64,000 bases of DNA. Origin: an uncultured bacterium. Its GTDB lineage: Bacteria; Zixibacteria; MSB-5A5; CAIYYT01. Position numbers and translations under genes: made by a program. Below are positions 31,006-40,143 of the stretch, one piece after another. The stretch is from NCBI GenBank assembly GCA_963726455.1, contig CAVSCK010000005.1, positions 384,001 through 448,000 on the forward strand, given 5' to 3'. How positions within the stretch are numbered: position 1 is the first letter of the stretch; every line of letters starts with the position of its first letter. The notes under the pieces are model-generated. The model was not told the origin of the DNA. It worked only from the letters and a program-made list of their open reading frames with translations, and ran no database searches.

Positions 31006-31317
31006 GTGCATCCAGGACTGATAGGGGGCATCATCGGCAGCGTGATCGGTATTGCCGGCGGTGCCATCGGGACGTATTACAGCATCAAGCATACCAATGG
31101 ACCACTCGAACGGGCGTTCATGGTACGCTGCACGGTGATCATCTGGATCGCCGTAATCGCTTTTCTGGGATTGCTTCTGCTGTTGCCGGTCCCCTATCGC
31201 TATTTCCTCTGGATTCCCTATGTGATTCTGTTGCCCTGGGGAATCACCAGAATCAATCGCCGCCAGAGCGCTATTCGCGAATCGGAAAAAACCCAGCATC
31301 TCGCCGAAAGTAGTTGA
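31006..31317 (+). CDS. Small membrane protein
   Basis: GTG after GGAGG; glycine-rich helix GGIIGSVIGIAGGAIG plus two more hydrophobic helices. Confidence 0.7.
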   Translation: MHPGLIGGIIGSVIGIAGGAIGTYYSIKHTNGPLERAFMVRCTVIIWIAVIAFLGLLLLLPVPYRYFLWIPYVILLPWGITRINRRQSAIRESEKTQHLAESS

Positions 31318-31421
31318 CATACTCCGCCAAAATCGCAACTCTCACTGTCGTCCGTGGCTGCCCGGGGCAGCACTTCTGATATTGTATTGCTGGTAATGCT
31401 CTGAGTTCAAGCTCGTTTTCT

Positions 31422-32654
31422 ATGTTGCGATTTGCCGTCCTGCTGCTCGTTGTTCTCACACTTCTATTGTGCGCAACCGCGCGTTCACAGGATATTTCGA
31501 TCCCAAGCAAAGAGAAAATCTGCCAGACGCCGGCGCGGCTGATTTACGTCGGCGACGACCGCCTTTACCTCTGGGTTGATGCGCCATTTGCTGTTAATTC
31601 TGATTTCCGAGTACAGTACCGCAATTCGCGCGGTGATACAGTTGAATGCCCCATTGCCACTTGTGTCGGTCAAATGGCTGTGTCAGAACGCATCGAAAAA
31701 GATCAGGCCTCGCGCCCTGACAAAGGCGATTCCTCTATGATCGTCTTTCTCGACACCACTCGGGCTGTCAGCGGCATTGTACGCGTGGGGCAACTGGAGG
31801 CATTCAATTCGGACGGTTCGGATGCGCGGAATCAGAGATATAGTTTCTCCCGCGCGCCGTTAGCTGCCAACATGCTGCCGATAGTTGCTGAACAACGGTA
31901 CTATTCCAAGGTGCGCGACGCCGAGATCGACCTGGCATTGGGCAAAATTGATATGCTGATTCTGCCTAAGAATGAAGCGCCTGAAGACGCAAGCTGCAAG
32001 TATCGAATTATTCCCACCGGCGCGCATGTCGAATGGTACCTGATAGCCAACTTGCCCGACAATGATCTTTCACCGTGCGCATTGAATTACTGCCTTAAAT
32101 ATGAATTCGGCTGTGATTCTGTTCAGTTGCCGTCGCTTTTGCTGGACACGGCACAGATCAATCGTGGTTTCTCGCGTGACACCGAGAAAGCGCGCGCCCT
32201 GTTTGCCCAGATCAAGCCGGGACATGATGCTCGCTGGTGTCTTCCCGATGCCGCTATGTTTCCGCAAACTGCCAGCCGAATTTCGAAACGAGTTCAGGAA
32301 TGCGGAGGCCGAATTGATTGCCGTTCAGAGCGTTTGCCTTCCAACGTCGGCATCACACTGCGGTGGAGTCTGCAGCCCGACGCCGACAGTATCGGGTTGG
32401 CCTTAGCCGATGAACACATGATCTTGATGCAAGATGGCTACAAGCTGCTCAGCACGGCTGCCGGTTATCCTGATTCGTGCAAGAATCAGAGTTGGGCCGC
32501 GTGCGAGAAACCGTTCGGTGAATGGATTTCACGCGAATGCCGATTTGTACCGCTGGGTAGAATTGAAATGATCGCACTCGTGCGGCAGGACATGCAGCAA
32601 ATCGCCGATCGGGCGGGACATTTTTCGGCAACCTATTTCTACAGGTCCAAATGA
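31422..32654 (+). CDS. Exported hypothetical protein coupled to the two-component system
   Basis: Signal peptide; Cys-rich 410 aa; stop overlaps the kinase ATG (ATGA). Confidence 0.65.
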   Translation: MLRFAVLLLVVLTLLLCATARSQDISIPSKEKICQTPARLIYVGDDRLYLWVDAPFAVNSDFRVQYRNSRGDTVECPIATCVGQMAVSERIEKDQASRPDKGDSSMIVFLDTTRAVSGIVRVGQLEAFNSDGSDARNQRYSFSRAPLAANMLPIVAEQRYYSKVRDAEIDLALGKIDMLILPKNEAPEDASCKYRIIPTGAHVEWYLIANLPDNDLSPCALNYCLKYEFGCDSVQLPSLLLDTAQINRGFSRDTEKARALFAQIKPGHDARWCLPDAAMFPQTASRISKRVQECGGRIDCRSERLPSNVGITLRWSLQPDADSIGLALADEHMILMQDGYKLLSTAAGYPDSCKNQSWAACEKPFGEWISRECRFVPLGRIEMIALVRQDMQQIADRAGHFSATYFYRSK

Positions 32655-34381
32655 ATATGAAGCTTGCTACTAAGTTGATTTCCGGTTTTCTGCTTGTCTC
32701 GCTCGTGCCGCTGTTAATCATGTCGCTGCTGCTTTATCTCTTTGTCGATCGCAACACCGAATCGGAGTTCGCTGACAAGTCTGACATCGGTGTGTCGACC
32801 TTCCGCAGCTACATGGGGGATCAGCTCACGTCACTGGAGAAAGCGGCGAATGGCCTGTCACAGGACAAAGATTTTCTGATTGACGTGCTCGACTTGTCGA
32901 AGCGTGAAGCCGACCTGACCGGCTATCTGGAAAATAGGATTGGCGCCGGCGATTTCCAATTTGCGCTGATACGTCTGAAAAATTCGCAGGGTGTGTTCAA
33001 ATCCTATGAGGACGGTCTGGCGGATATCATTGGCGGCTACCAATTCCCCGAAAGCAAAGACGGCTTGCAGAGCGGCAGTACCGGACTGGTCAAATTATCT
33101 TCCGATCGCAACAACTCGGTCGCAGCAATTGCCACGCTGCCGGTATTCTATCAGGACCAGCCGGTCTGCGAACTGATGATCGGCCGTATGTTGACGACGA
33201 TGGCAGCCAACTATCGCCTTGAACGTTCAGGATTGGCCGCATTGCTGGTGACCGGCGGTGATAGAATCCTATTTGCTAATGCTGACTCACTGCTGCTCCC
33301 GGAGATCAGCAGGTTCAAGGTTCCGGCCTCTGACGAGACGGCCTGGAAGGCAACCCTTGCCGACCATGACTACTACGTCCGCCAGACCCAAATTCTGGGA
33401 CTCGATGGGAAACCAGTAGCGGCAATCGTCTACCTGTTCGATCAAAGTGAACTTGTGTCCAGTAAGGCGCATCTGTTGCGAATTTTCGGTCTGTTGGTGG
33501 TCCTGGCACTGCTGATGTCGCTGGCGCTCGGGTATTTCTATTCGCGCTCGATCTCAAGGCCGATATTGGACATGTCGCGCGCAGCCAGGCAAATCGCGTC
33601 GGGCGCCGTTCCTGAGAAGATCATTTATTTCTCCGGGGACGAGATCAGCGATCTGGCGGCGGGGATTAATCGGCTCACGGAAGATCTCAAGACTACGGAA
33701 ATCAAATTGCGCCGCTCCGAACAAGTCGCGGCCTGGCAAATGTTCGCGCGCCAGACAGCGCATGAGATCAAGAATTTCCTGATGCCGGTTACAACCACGG
33801 TCGGCGCACTGCAACGCGCCGCCGATGCCGGGCAACTTGACAAGGCGCGGATCGACGATGCCGTGCGCAACATCCAGGTGGAAGTAATGCGTATGAAGCA
33901 ACTGCTGGGCGCGTTTGTCGAGTTCGCGAAATTGCCGGCGCCGACCTTCGAGCATTTGCGCGCCTCCATTATTGTGGGTGACTTGAAAGATACGTTCGCG
34001 GAGCAACTGCGAAACGGCACACTGCATATCAGTGTGGGCGATCAGTTGCCCCGGCTCGAATACGACCGCAATCAGATTCGGCAAGTACTTCTGAATTTGG
34101 TCAGCAACAGCTTCGAAGCGAACGCTTCGGTAGTTGAAGTGAAAATCTCCACCAACGGTGAAAAGATCAATTTCGAAATCGTCGATGACGGCGAGGGATT
34201 CAAACTCGCGCCCGGAATTGATCCGTTCACGCCGTTGTACACCACCAAGAGCGGTGGCAGCGGTTTGGGGCTGGCGATCTGCCGACGCATCATTGTCGAT
34301 CATGGCGGTGACATCACTTATCAGCCCAATCCGACCGGTGGCACCGCGTTCCACTTCCATCTGCCGATGGAGAAGGGTTAG
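32651..34381 (+). CDS. Membrane HAMP histidine kinase (NtrY-like)
   Basis: Two TM segments, HAMP, AAWQMFARQTAHEIKN H-box, NLVSNS, DDGEG, TTKSGGSGLGL. Confidence 0.92.
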   Translation: MNMKLATKLISGFLLVSLVPLLIMSLLLYLFVDRNTESEFADKSDIGVSTFRSYMGDQLTSLEKAANGLSQDKDFLIDVLDLSKREADLTGYLENRIGAGDFQFALIRLKNSQGVFKSYEDGLADIIGGYQFPESKDGLQSGSTGLVKLSSDRNNSVAAIATLPVFYQDQPVCELMIGRMLTTMAANYRLERSGLAALLVTGGDRILFANADSLLLPEISRFKVPASDETAWKATLADHDYYVRQTQILGLDGKPVAAIVYLFDQSELVSSKAHLLRIFGLLVVLALLMSLALGYFYSRSISRPILDMSRAARQIASGAVPEKIIYFSGDEISDLAAGINRLTEDLKTTEIKLRRSEQVAAWQMFARQTAHEIKNFLMPVTTTVGALQRAADAGQLDKARIDDAVRNIQVEVMRMKQLLGAFVEFAKLPAPTFEHLRASIIVGDLKDTFAEQLRNGTLHISVGDQLPRLEYDRNQIRQVLLNLVSNSFEANASVVEVKISTNGEKINFEIVDDGEGFKLAPGIDPFTPLYTTKSGGSGLGLAICRRIIVDHGGDITYQPNPTGGTAFHFHLPMEKG

Positions 34382-34382
34382 T

Positions 34383-35726
34383 ATGGCAAAGGTGCGACTG
34401 TTGCTCGTTGACGATGATATTCGAATTCGCACCACATTATCGAGTTACCTGCGCGACAGCGGCTTTAATGTGGTAACCGCAGGCAGCGTTGCCGAGGCGC
34501 GCAAGCTCAACAATGGCAATATCGACTTGGCGCTGCTCGATCTGGTATTGCCTGATGCAACCGGTATTGACCTGCTGGCGGAAATCCGACAGGCATTTCC
34601 CAACCAGGCAGTGGTGATGATATCAGGCGAGGCGACTCTTTCTGATGCCGTTAAAGCGATCAAACTGGGCGCGGTGGATTTCCTCGAAAAACCGGTGAGC
34701 CCCGAAAAAGTTGAAATCACAATCAACAACGCGCTACGTCTGATATCACTCGATCGCAAGTTACAGATCGACCAGCAGAATCTTCTGGACAGGCATTCGC
34801 TGATCGGTGACTCACCGGCGATTCAGGAAGTGCGGGCACAAATTGGCGCAGTCAGCAGAACTGATTCCGCGGTGCTGTTGTTGGGCGAATCAGGAACCGG
34901 CAAGGAGGTCGCAGCCAATCTGATTCATCTCAAGAGCGATCGCCATGACCAACCATTTGTGGCCGTAAATGCCGCGGCCGTTCCACAGGAATTGCTCGAA
35001 TCGGAAATGTTCGGCCATGAAAAGGGCGCTTTCACCGGCGCCACTCAACGACGAATCGGCAGGTTCGAACAGGCGGCCGGAGGAACGCTATTTCTCGACG
35101 AGATCGCCGAGATGCCGCCGGCATTGCAGGCAAAATTGCTGCGCGTGTTGGAGGAGCGGAAGATTGAGCGCGTCGGCAGCGATCATTCCATCGATGTAAA
35201 CTTCCGCTTGATCTGCGCCACAAACCGCAACCTGCAGGAAGAAATCAAGCGCGGACGTTTCCGCAATGATCTGTTCTTCCGCATCAATGTTTTCGCAATT
35301 ACGCTGCCGCCGCTGCGCGAAATCCCGCAGGATATTGAGATGATCGCTCGACATCACTTGCAGCGCCTTTGCGTAAAGATGGGTATTCAGGGTGTCTCGC
35401 TCAGTAAGGAGACAATCGCAGAACTCAAAGGTTACAGTTTTCCAGGCAATGTGCGTGAGTTACGAAATATCATAGAGCACTTGCTGATTACGCGCAAGTC
35501 GGGAGAATTGACTGCGACGAATCTGTCGCAGTTACTGCAGAGAGTCGGTGCATCGAAGAATGATCTGAGCTTGAAAGATGCCGTTGCCCAGTTCGAAAGT
35601 GAATACATCACTTCTATTCTCGAGCGTTCCCAAGGCAACGTTACCAAAGCCGCAGAAATTCTCGGGCTCGATCGGAGCTATCTATATCGTAAGATGCGTT
35701 CTCTTGGATTCGATGAGGAGCCCTAG
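34383..35726 (+). CDS. Sigma54-dependent response regulator (NtrC/NtrX family)
   Basis: Receiver LLVDDD..LLD..EKP; GESGTGKE, GAFTGA, FLDEI, PGNVREL; Fis-type HTH. Confidence 0.95.
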   Translation: MAKVRLLLVDDDIRIRTTLSSYLRDSGFNVVTAGSVAEARKLNNGNIDLALLDLVLPDATGIDLLAEIRQAFPNQAVVMISGEATLSDAVKAIKLGAVDFLEKPVSPEKVEITINNALRLISLDRKLQIDQQNLLDRHSLIGDSPAIQEVRAQIGAVSRTDSAVLLLGESGTGKEVAANLIHLKSDRHDQPFVAVNAAAVPQELLESEMFGHEKGAFTGATQRRIGRFEQAAGGTLFLDEIAEMPPALQAKLLRVLEERKIERVGSDHSIDVNFRLICATNRNLQEEIKRGRFRNDLFFRINVFAITLPPLREIPQDIEMIARHHLQRLCVKMGIQGVSLSKETIAELKGYSFPGNVRELRNIIEHLLITRKSGELTATNLSQLLQRVGASKNDLSLKDAVAQFESEYITSILERSQGNVTKAAEILGLDRSYLYRKMRSLGFDEEP

Positions 35727-35770
35727 CCGCAAATCGTTCGAATCAGTTCGAAAATACAAATCAGAGGATT

Positions 35771-35796
35771 GTCGTTCTGCAAAAGCGGGAATCCAG
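35771..35796 (+). repeat. Degenerate GTCATTCCCGCGAAAGCGGGAATC-type palindromic repeat
   Basis: GTCGTTCTGCAAAAGCGGGAATCCAG between convergent genes. Confidence 0.4.
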
Positions 35797-36939
35797 TTAC
35801 TTACCCCCCACTACCTCACGATAGAGTCCGATCATTTTCGCAGCGGTCTTGTCGTCGCGGAAACGCTGAACGTAAGCATAGCCATCTTCCCGCATCTTCT
35901 GATTCAGCGCGTGGTCTTCCAGCACGCGAGTGATCGCTTCAGCCAATTCGCGTTCGTCCTGTGGATCAATATAAATGCTGGTCGGTCCGCCCGCTTCGGC
36001 AAAACATGATCCAACCGAAGTTATCACCGGGCACTTGCTCCAGAGCGCTTCTGTAATGGGAATACCAAAACCTTCGAACAGCGACGGCAGCACAAATGCG
36101 GATGCCATTTGATAAATTGCCGGGAAATCCACAAAGGCAACGTCAGTTAAGAATTGCACGCGGTCAGTCAACTTCTTAGCCTGGATGAAGTCGAGCACTT
36201 CCTGCTTATAGCCACGGCCGCGACCGATCACCACCAGATGCGATTCAAGCCCCTTTTCCAATGAAGTCAACGCCTGTACCAGCCCCAGCAGATTCTTGCG
36301 GCGTTCAATCGTGCCGACGTAAAGCAGATAATGACGGGGAAGCTTATACTTTTCGCGTACTTGTTTCTTGAGGGTATCGTCTGCGGGTGTGTAGAAGATC
36401 GGATCGCAACTTTGATAGACAACGCTGATGCGTGCGGCATCCACATTCAAAAGGCCGATCAAATCCTGCCGGGTCTGTTCACTGACGGCCACAATCTTGT
36501 CGGCCACACGGCAGGCGTATTCAACTTTCGAGCGATAGATGCGCCGGTCGATCCGCGAGTAGAGTTCGGGGTAGCGCAGGAAAATCAAGTCGTGAATCGT
36601 AACCACTGACTTCGCGCCTGAACCGACAACGGCATACGGTAGTTCATTACTCAAGCCATGAAAAAGTTCAATCCCATCATTGCGCAGACTGCGATTTACT
36701 AAATAAGACCTCCAGAGCGGTTTGAAAGTGCGCGACATTATGCCTTTCGGCGTTCGCACGGTGATGTTCCTGGATTTCTCGATGAATTCCAGGCGCGGGT
36801 GTTGTTGATAACCGGGAGAGTAAAGCAGGTATTGATTGTCGGGATAGAAGCGGCTCAACGACTGCAACAACGTCCGGCTGTAATTGCCCAGACCGGTCAT
36901 ATTGAAGACCGCCCTCTTGCCGTCAAATCCGATTTTCAT
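35797..36939 (-). CDS. Glycosyltransferase family 4 (GT-B)
   Basis: TGLGNY, VTIHDL, VGTIERRKN, PSLFEGFGIPITEA. Confidence 0.93.
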   Translation of the reverse strand: MKIGFDGKRAVFNMTGLGNYSRTLLQSLSRFYPDNQYLLYSPGYQQHPRLEFIEKSRNITVRTPKGIMSRTFKPLWRSYLVNRSLRNDGIELFHGLSNELPYAVVGSGAKSVVTIHDLIFLRYPELYSRIDRRIYRSKVEYACRVADKIVAVSEQTRQDLIGLLNVDAARISVVYQSCDPIFYTPADDTLKKQVREKYKLPRHYLLYVGTIERRKNLLGLVQALTSLEKGLESHLVVIGRGRGYKQEVLDFIQAKKLTDRVQFLTDVAFVDFPAIYQMASAFVLPSLFEGFGIPITEALWSKCPVITSVGSCFAEAGGPTSIYIDPQDERELAEAITRVLEDHALNQKMREDGYAYVQRFRDDKTAAKMIGLYREVVGGK

Positions 36940-37041
36940 GCGCCGTCAGGATAACCTTCAGCAACGTCGATGTCAACAATCTCCGGTCCAGCCGCCTCGT
37001 TCCTTGTTGCTTTGAGCGGCGTCAAGCGATTACTTGAGCAA

Positions 37042-37979
37042 ATGCCGAAAGCGTCAGAGCATATCCGCAAAGTTGCCGTGATAGGTACTATCAATCGTGA
37101 CACCGTCATTCGCGCGGATGGAACGCGACATGAAGGTTATGGCGGTATCCTATACAATCTTGCTGCGCTTTCGGCACTGGCTCCGGAAAATGCCGTTATC
37201 TTCCCGGTCGTCAATATTGGCACCGATTGCGCCAAACAAATTCTGAGGCAATTGCACAGTCTGCGGCGCCTTAACCTTGAAGCAGCGCGTCTAGTCGACC
37301 GACCCAACAACCACTGCTTGCTCCGATATTCGGACGCGACCAACAAGACAGAAATGCTCACAGGTTGGGTCGGGGGTGTCAGTCGAGCGCAACTGAAGAC
37401 TGTCACCGACTCCGACTTAATCCACGTCAATTTCATTTCCGGTGCTGATATCAGCGGCAATAACCTGCGCTGGCTTAGGGGTCAGGCGCGCGGAATTATC
37501 ATGATGGATTTTCATTCCCGCACGTTGGGGAGGCATCGCGACGGACGACGCTATTTGCGACGCCCGCCCGACTGGCGAGATTATCTGGCGTGCGCGGATA
37601 TCGTCCAGATGAATGAAATCGAATTCCAATTATTGAGCGGCCTTCAAGTTGGTGAAACCGCTTGCCGTGAGTTCATGGCGCGCGCGCTGCAAGATTCGCA
37701 ATGTCTGATTGTCACTTGCGGCGTGACGGTTGCCTGTTGACCTGGCGCGAGAGGAGGCAACTGATTACTCGTTATATCGGTGCGCCAAAATCGAAGAGAG
37801 TTGTTGATACTACCGGCTGCGGCGATATCTTTTCCGGCGGCTTTATTGCCAATTATCTGAAAACCGGTGATATTTCCAAGGCCGCACAGTATGCAACTGA
37901 GCTTGCGAATTGGCGTACCGGCTTCCCGGACTTCTTTACGGCGGATATTGCAGCTTTTTCTCGGCGAAATCGGCCGTAG
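37042..37979 (+). CDS. PfkB family carbohydrate kinase (one frameshift near 37723)
   Basis: GG near the N-terminus, QMNEIE, IVTCG, then DTTGCGDIFSGGF in the next frame. Confidence 0.82.
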
Positions 37980-38037
37980 CGAAACTTCTCGGCAGGAGCC
38001 ACGTACTTAAGAAGGAAGCTAGGAGCATAATCGACGC

Positions 38038-39855
38038 ATGTTGACAGCCAGAGAACAGAAACGGCTCTATTCACTGATCCTCGCCACAATTACATTCCTT
38101 TCGTCATCAATCGCGACCGCGGGCAGCGAACGTATCTTCAGAATCGATGCTTTCCGCAACGGCGAATTGTTTTGCCGCGGCCTCAAGATACCCAAGCAGA
38201 CGACTATCGATATCCACGCCATCGGCGCCGGCTCCGTGTTTCAGAAAGACCGGATGGCCGCCTATGGCTGGATCATTCGCTCGGGATCGCTGGAGCCGTT
38301 CTGGGAAATGTCGATTGACAATACCGAACAATATCATCATGACAAGTATCTGCGCGAATACAAGAGTTCACTGGAGTTGGAACCGGGCGATTATGAATTC
38401 TACTACTATGCCGGTTCGCCTTCGATGCTGTCAGGATTTACCCTGAATCTCGACGACATCGAAAAGGCACTGGAAAAGATCAAGGAGAAAGTCTCCGGCA
38501 GCGGCAAGGGCTATGAAGGCAAGATCATAATCAACGGTGATGATTTTGATCTGGGAGATAAGAATCGCGTAGAGGACAAGATCGTAGACGAATATTCCTT
38601 CGAGGTCACCAGCGACACCAAAGACATTTCCCGGATTGAGTGCGCTTACCGTTCGGACCGCGTCGTGGCCGAAATTCTTCAACCGCGAAACGAGTTGTAT
38701 GCATCGGTCGGTTTTACACTGCTGCAACCGCTGGAACTTGAAATTGCCGCGCTTGGCGAGAACGCCGGTGGCTCGGAGGATTTCGCTGACTACGGCTGGA
38801 TTATCAATGCCGAAACCCGCAAACGGGTCTGGTCAATGACCGAAGAGACCACGGATCCCGCCGGCGGCGCTGAAAAGAACCGGAAGGTCGTCGATCGCGT
38901 CAATCTTCCCAAGGGAAATTATCTTCTATATTACGTCACCGATGATTCCCACACCTTCGACGACTGGAACGCCGCACCGCCTTACAATCCGCAGGCATAC
39001 GGCATACGCCTTAACGCTCCGCGCAAAGAGGACCTCAAGAACGTCAAACCGTATCAGGATGCTTATTCGCAGGCGTCGTTGATTGCGATAACGCGCGCGG
39101 GTGATGATTTCTTCGAGACCAAGCCATTCAAAGTGAGCAAGGATTGCGATGTGCGAGTTTATTCGATCGGAGAATACTCGGAGGGAAGCGATGCTTTTGT
39201 TGATTATGGTTGGATCGAGCGCGAAGGCGATGAGGAACCGTTCTGGCAGATGAGCAGGGTGAACACTGAGCATGCCGGCGGCGCCAGCAAGAACCGCTTG
39301 TTTGACGGTGTCGTACACTTGACGGCAGGCAGTTACGTGCTGGGATACGTCACCGATGATTCGCACGCCTATGGCGATTGGAATAGCTCGCCTCCGTACG
39401 ATCAGAAGAACTACGGCGTCAGTGTCTTCGCAGTCGGCAAGTCATTTGATCCCGCTATCGTCAAGGAGCTACCGGCAGAAACGGCGTCCGGAAACGTACT
39501 GGCCAAGATCGCTTACGTTGGTGACGACGCCGACGAGGAAAAGAGTTTTGTCCTCGACAAGCCTACCCGCGTGCACATTGTTGCGCTCGGTGAAGGAGTC
39601 GGCGGCGATATGGCTGATTACGGCTGGATTGAGACGATGCCGGGGGAAGATATCGTTTGGGAGATGACTTATCGCAAGACTAAGTGGGCGGGCGGCGCCG
39701 ACAAGAACCGTATAGTTGACACGATCATTATGCTGGATGCCGGCAAGTACCGCGCGCGGTATGTCTCCGACGGCAGCCACTCTTTCGGCAGTTGGAATGC
39801 CGAGCCCCCACGCAATCCCCAAAAATGGGGAATCACCGTCACCAAAGCAGAATAA
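38038..39855 (+). CDS. Exported protein with four tandem ~120-aa repeated domains
   Basis: Signal-like N-terminus; repeats of GE..DYGWI..WxM..T..AGGAxKNR..LxxGxY..YVTDDSH..WN..PP..YGI. Confidence 0.85.
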   Translation: MLTAREQKRLYSLILATITFLSSSIATAGSERIFRIDAFRNGELFCRGLKIPKQTTIDIHAIGAGSVFQKDRMAAYGWIIRSGSLEPFWEMSIDNTEQYHHDKYLREYKSSLELEPGDYEFYYYAGSPSMLSGFTLNLDDIEKALEKIKEKVSGSGKGYEGKIIINGDDFDLGDKNRVEDKIVDEYSFEVTSDTKDISRIECAYRSDRVVAEILQPRNELYASVGFTLLQPLELEIAALGENAGGSEDFADYGWIINAETRKRVWSMTEETTDPAGGAEKNRKVVDRVNLPKGNYLLYYVTDDSHTFDDWNAAPPYNPQAYGIRLNAPRKEDLKNVKPYQDAYSQASLIAITRAGDDFFETKPFKVSKDCDVRVYSIGEYSEGSDAFVDYGWIEREGDEEPFWQMSRVNTEHAGGASKNRLFDGVVHLTAGSYVLGYVTDDSHAYGDWNSSPPYDQKNYGVSVFAVGKSFDPAIVKELPAETASGNVLAKIAYVGDDADEEKSFVLDKPTRVHIVALGEGVGGDMADYGWIETMPGEDIVWEMTYRKTKWAGGADKNRIVDTIIMLDAGKYRARYVSDGSHSFGSWNAEPPRNPQKWGITVTKAE

Positions 39856-39950
39856 CACCACCTGCCTTACGTTCTTGATTGCCGAATACAATCAAGATTA
39901 TGTTTATCCGCATTCTCATCGATTAGAACCACGTAAGTTAAAGCTATATA

Positions 39951-39978
39951 TTGACAAATCCGAAAAATTCGGCATATT
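39951..39978 (+). promoter_or_regulatory. Putative sigma70 promoter of the C25 peptidase gene
   Basis: TTGACA-N16-CATATT in an AT-rich intergenic region. Confidence 0.45.
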
Positions 39979-40143
39979 GTCGTTCAGAATAGGACAACAC
40001 GCTTCGCGATTGGTACTGCACCGTATGCCATCGAGCACGCACGTTTGTACATTTTTTCATTCCTGCGAAAAGCGCCGTTCTACAAAAACATCCCGAAAAA
40101 AAATAACGAGCATAATCTCTGCCACCCGAGCGAAAGGATCACA

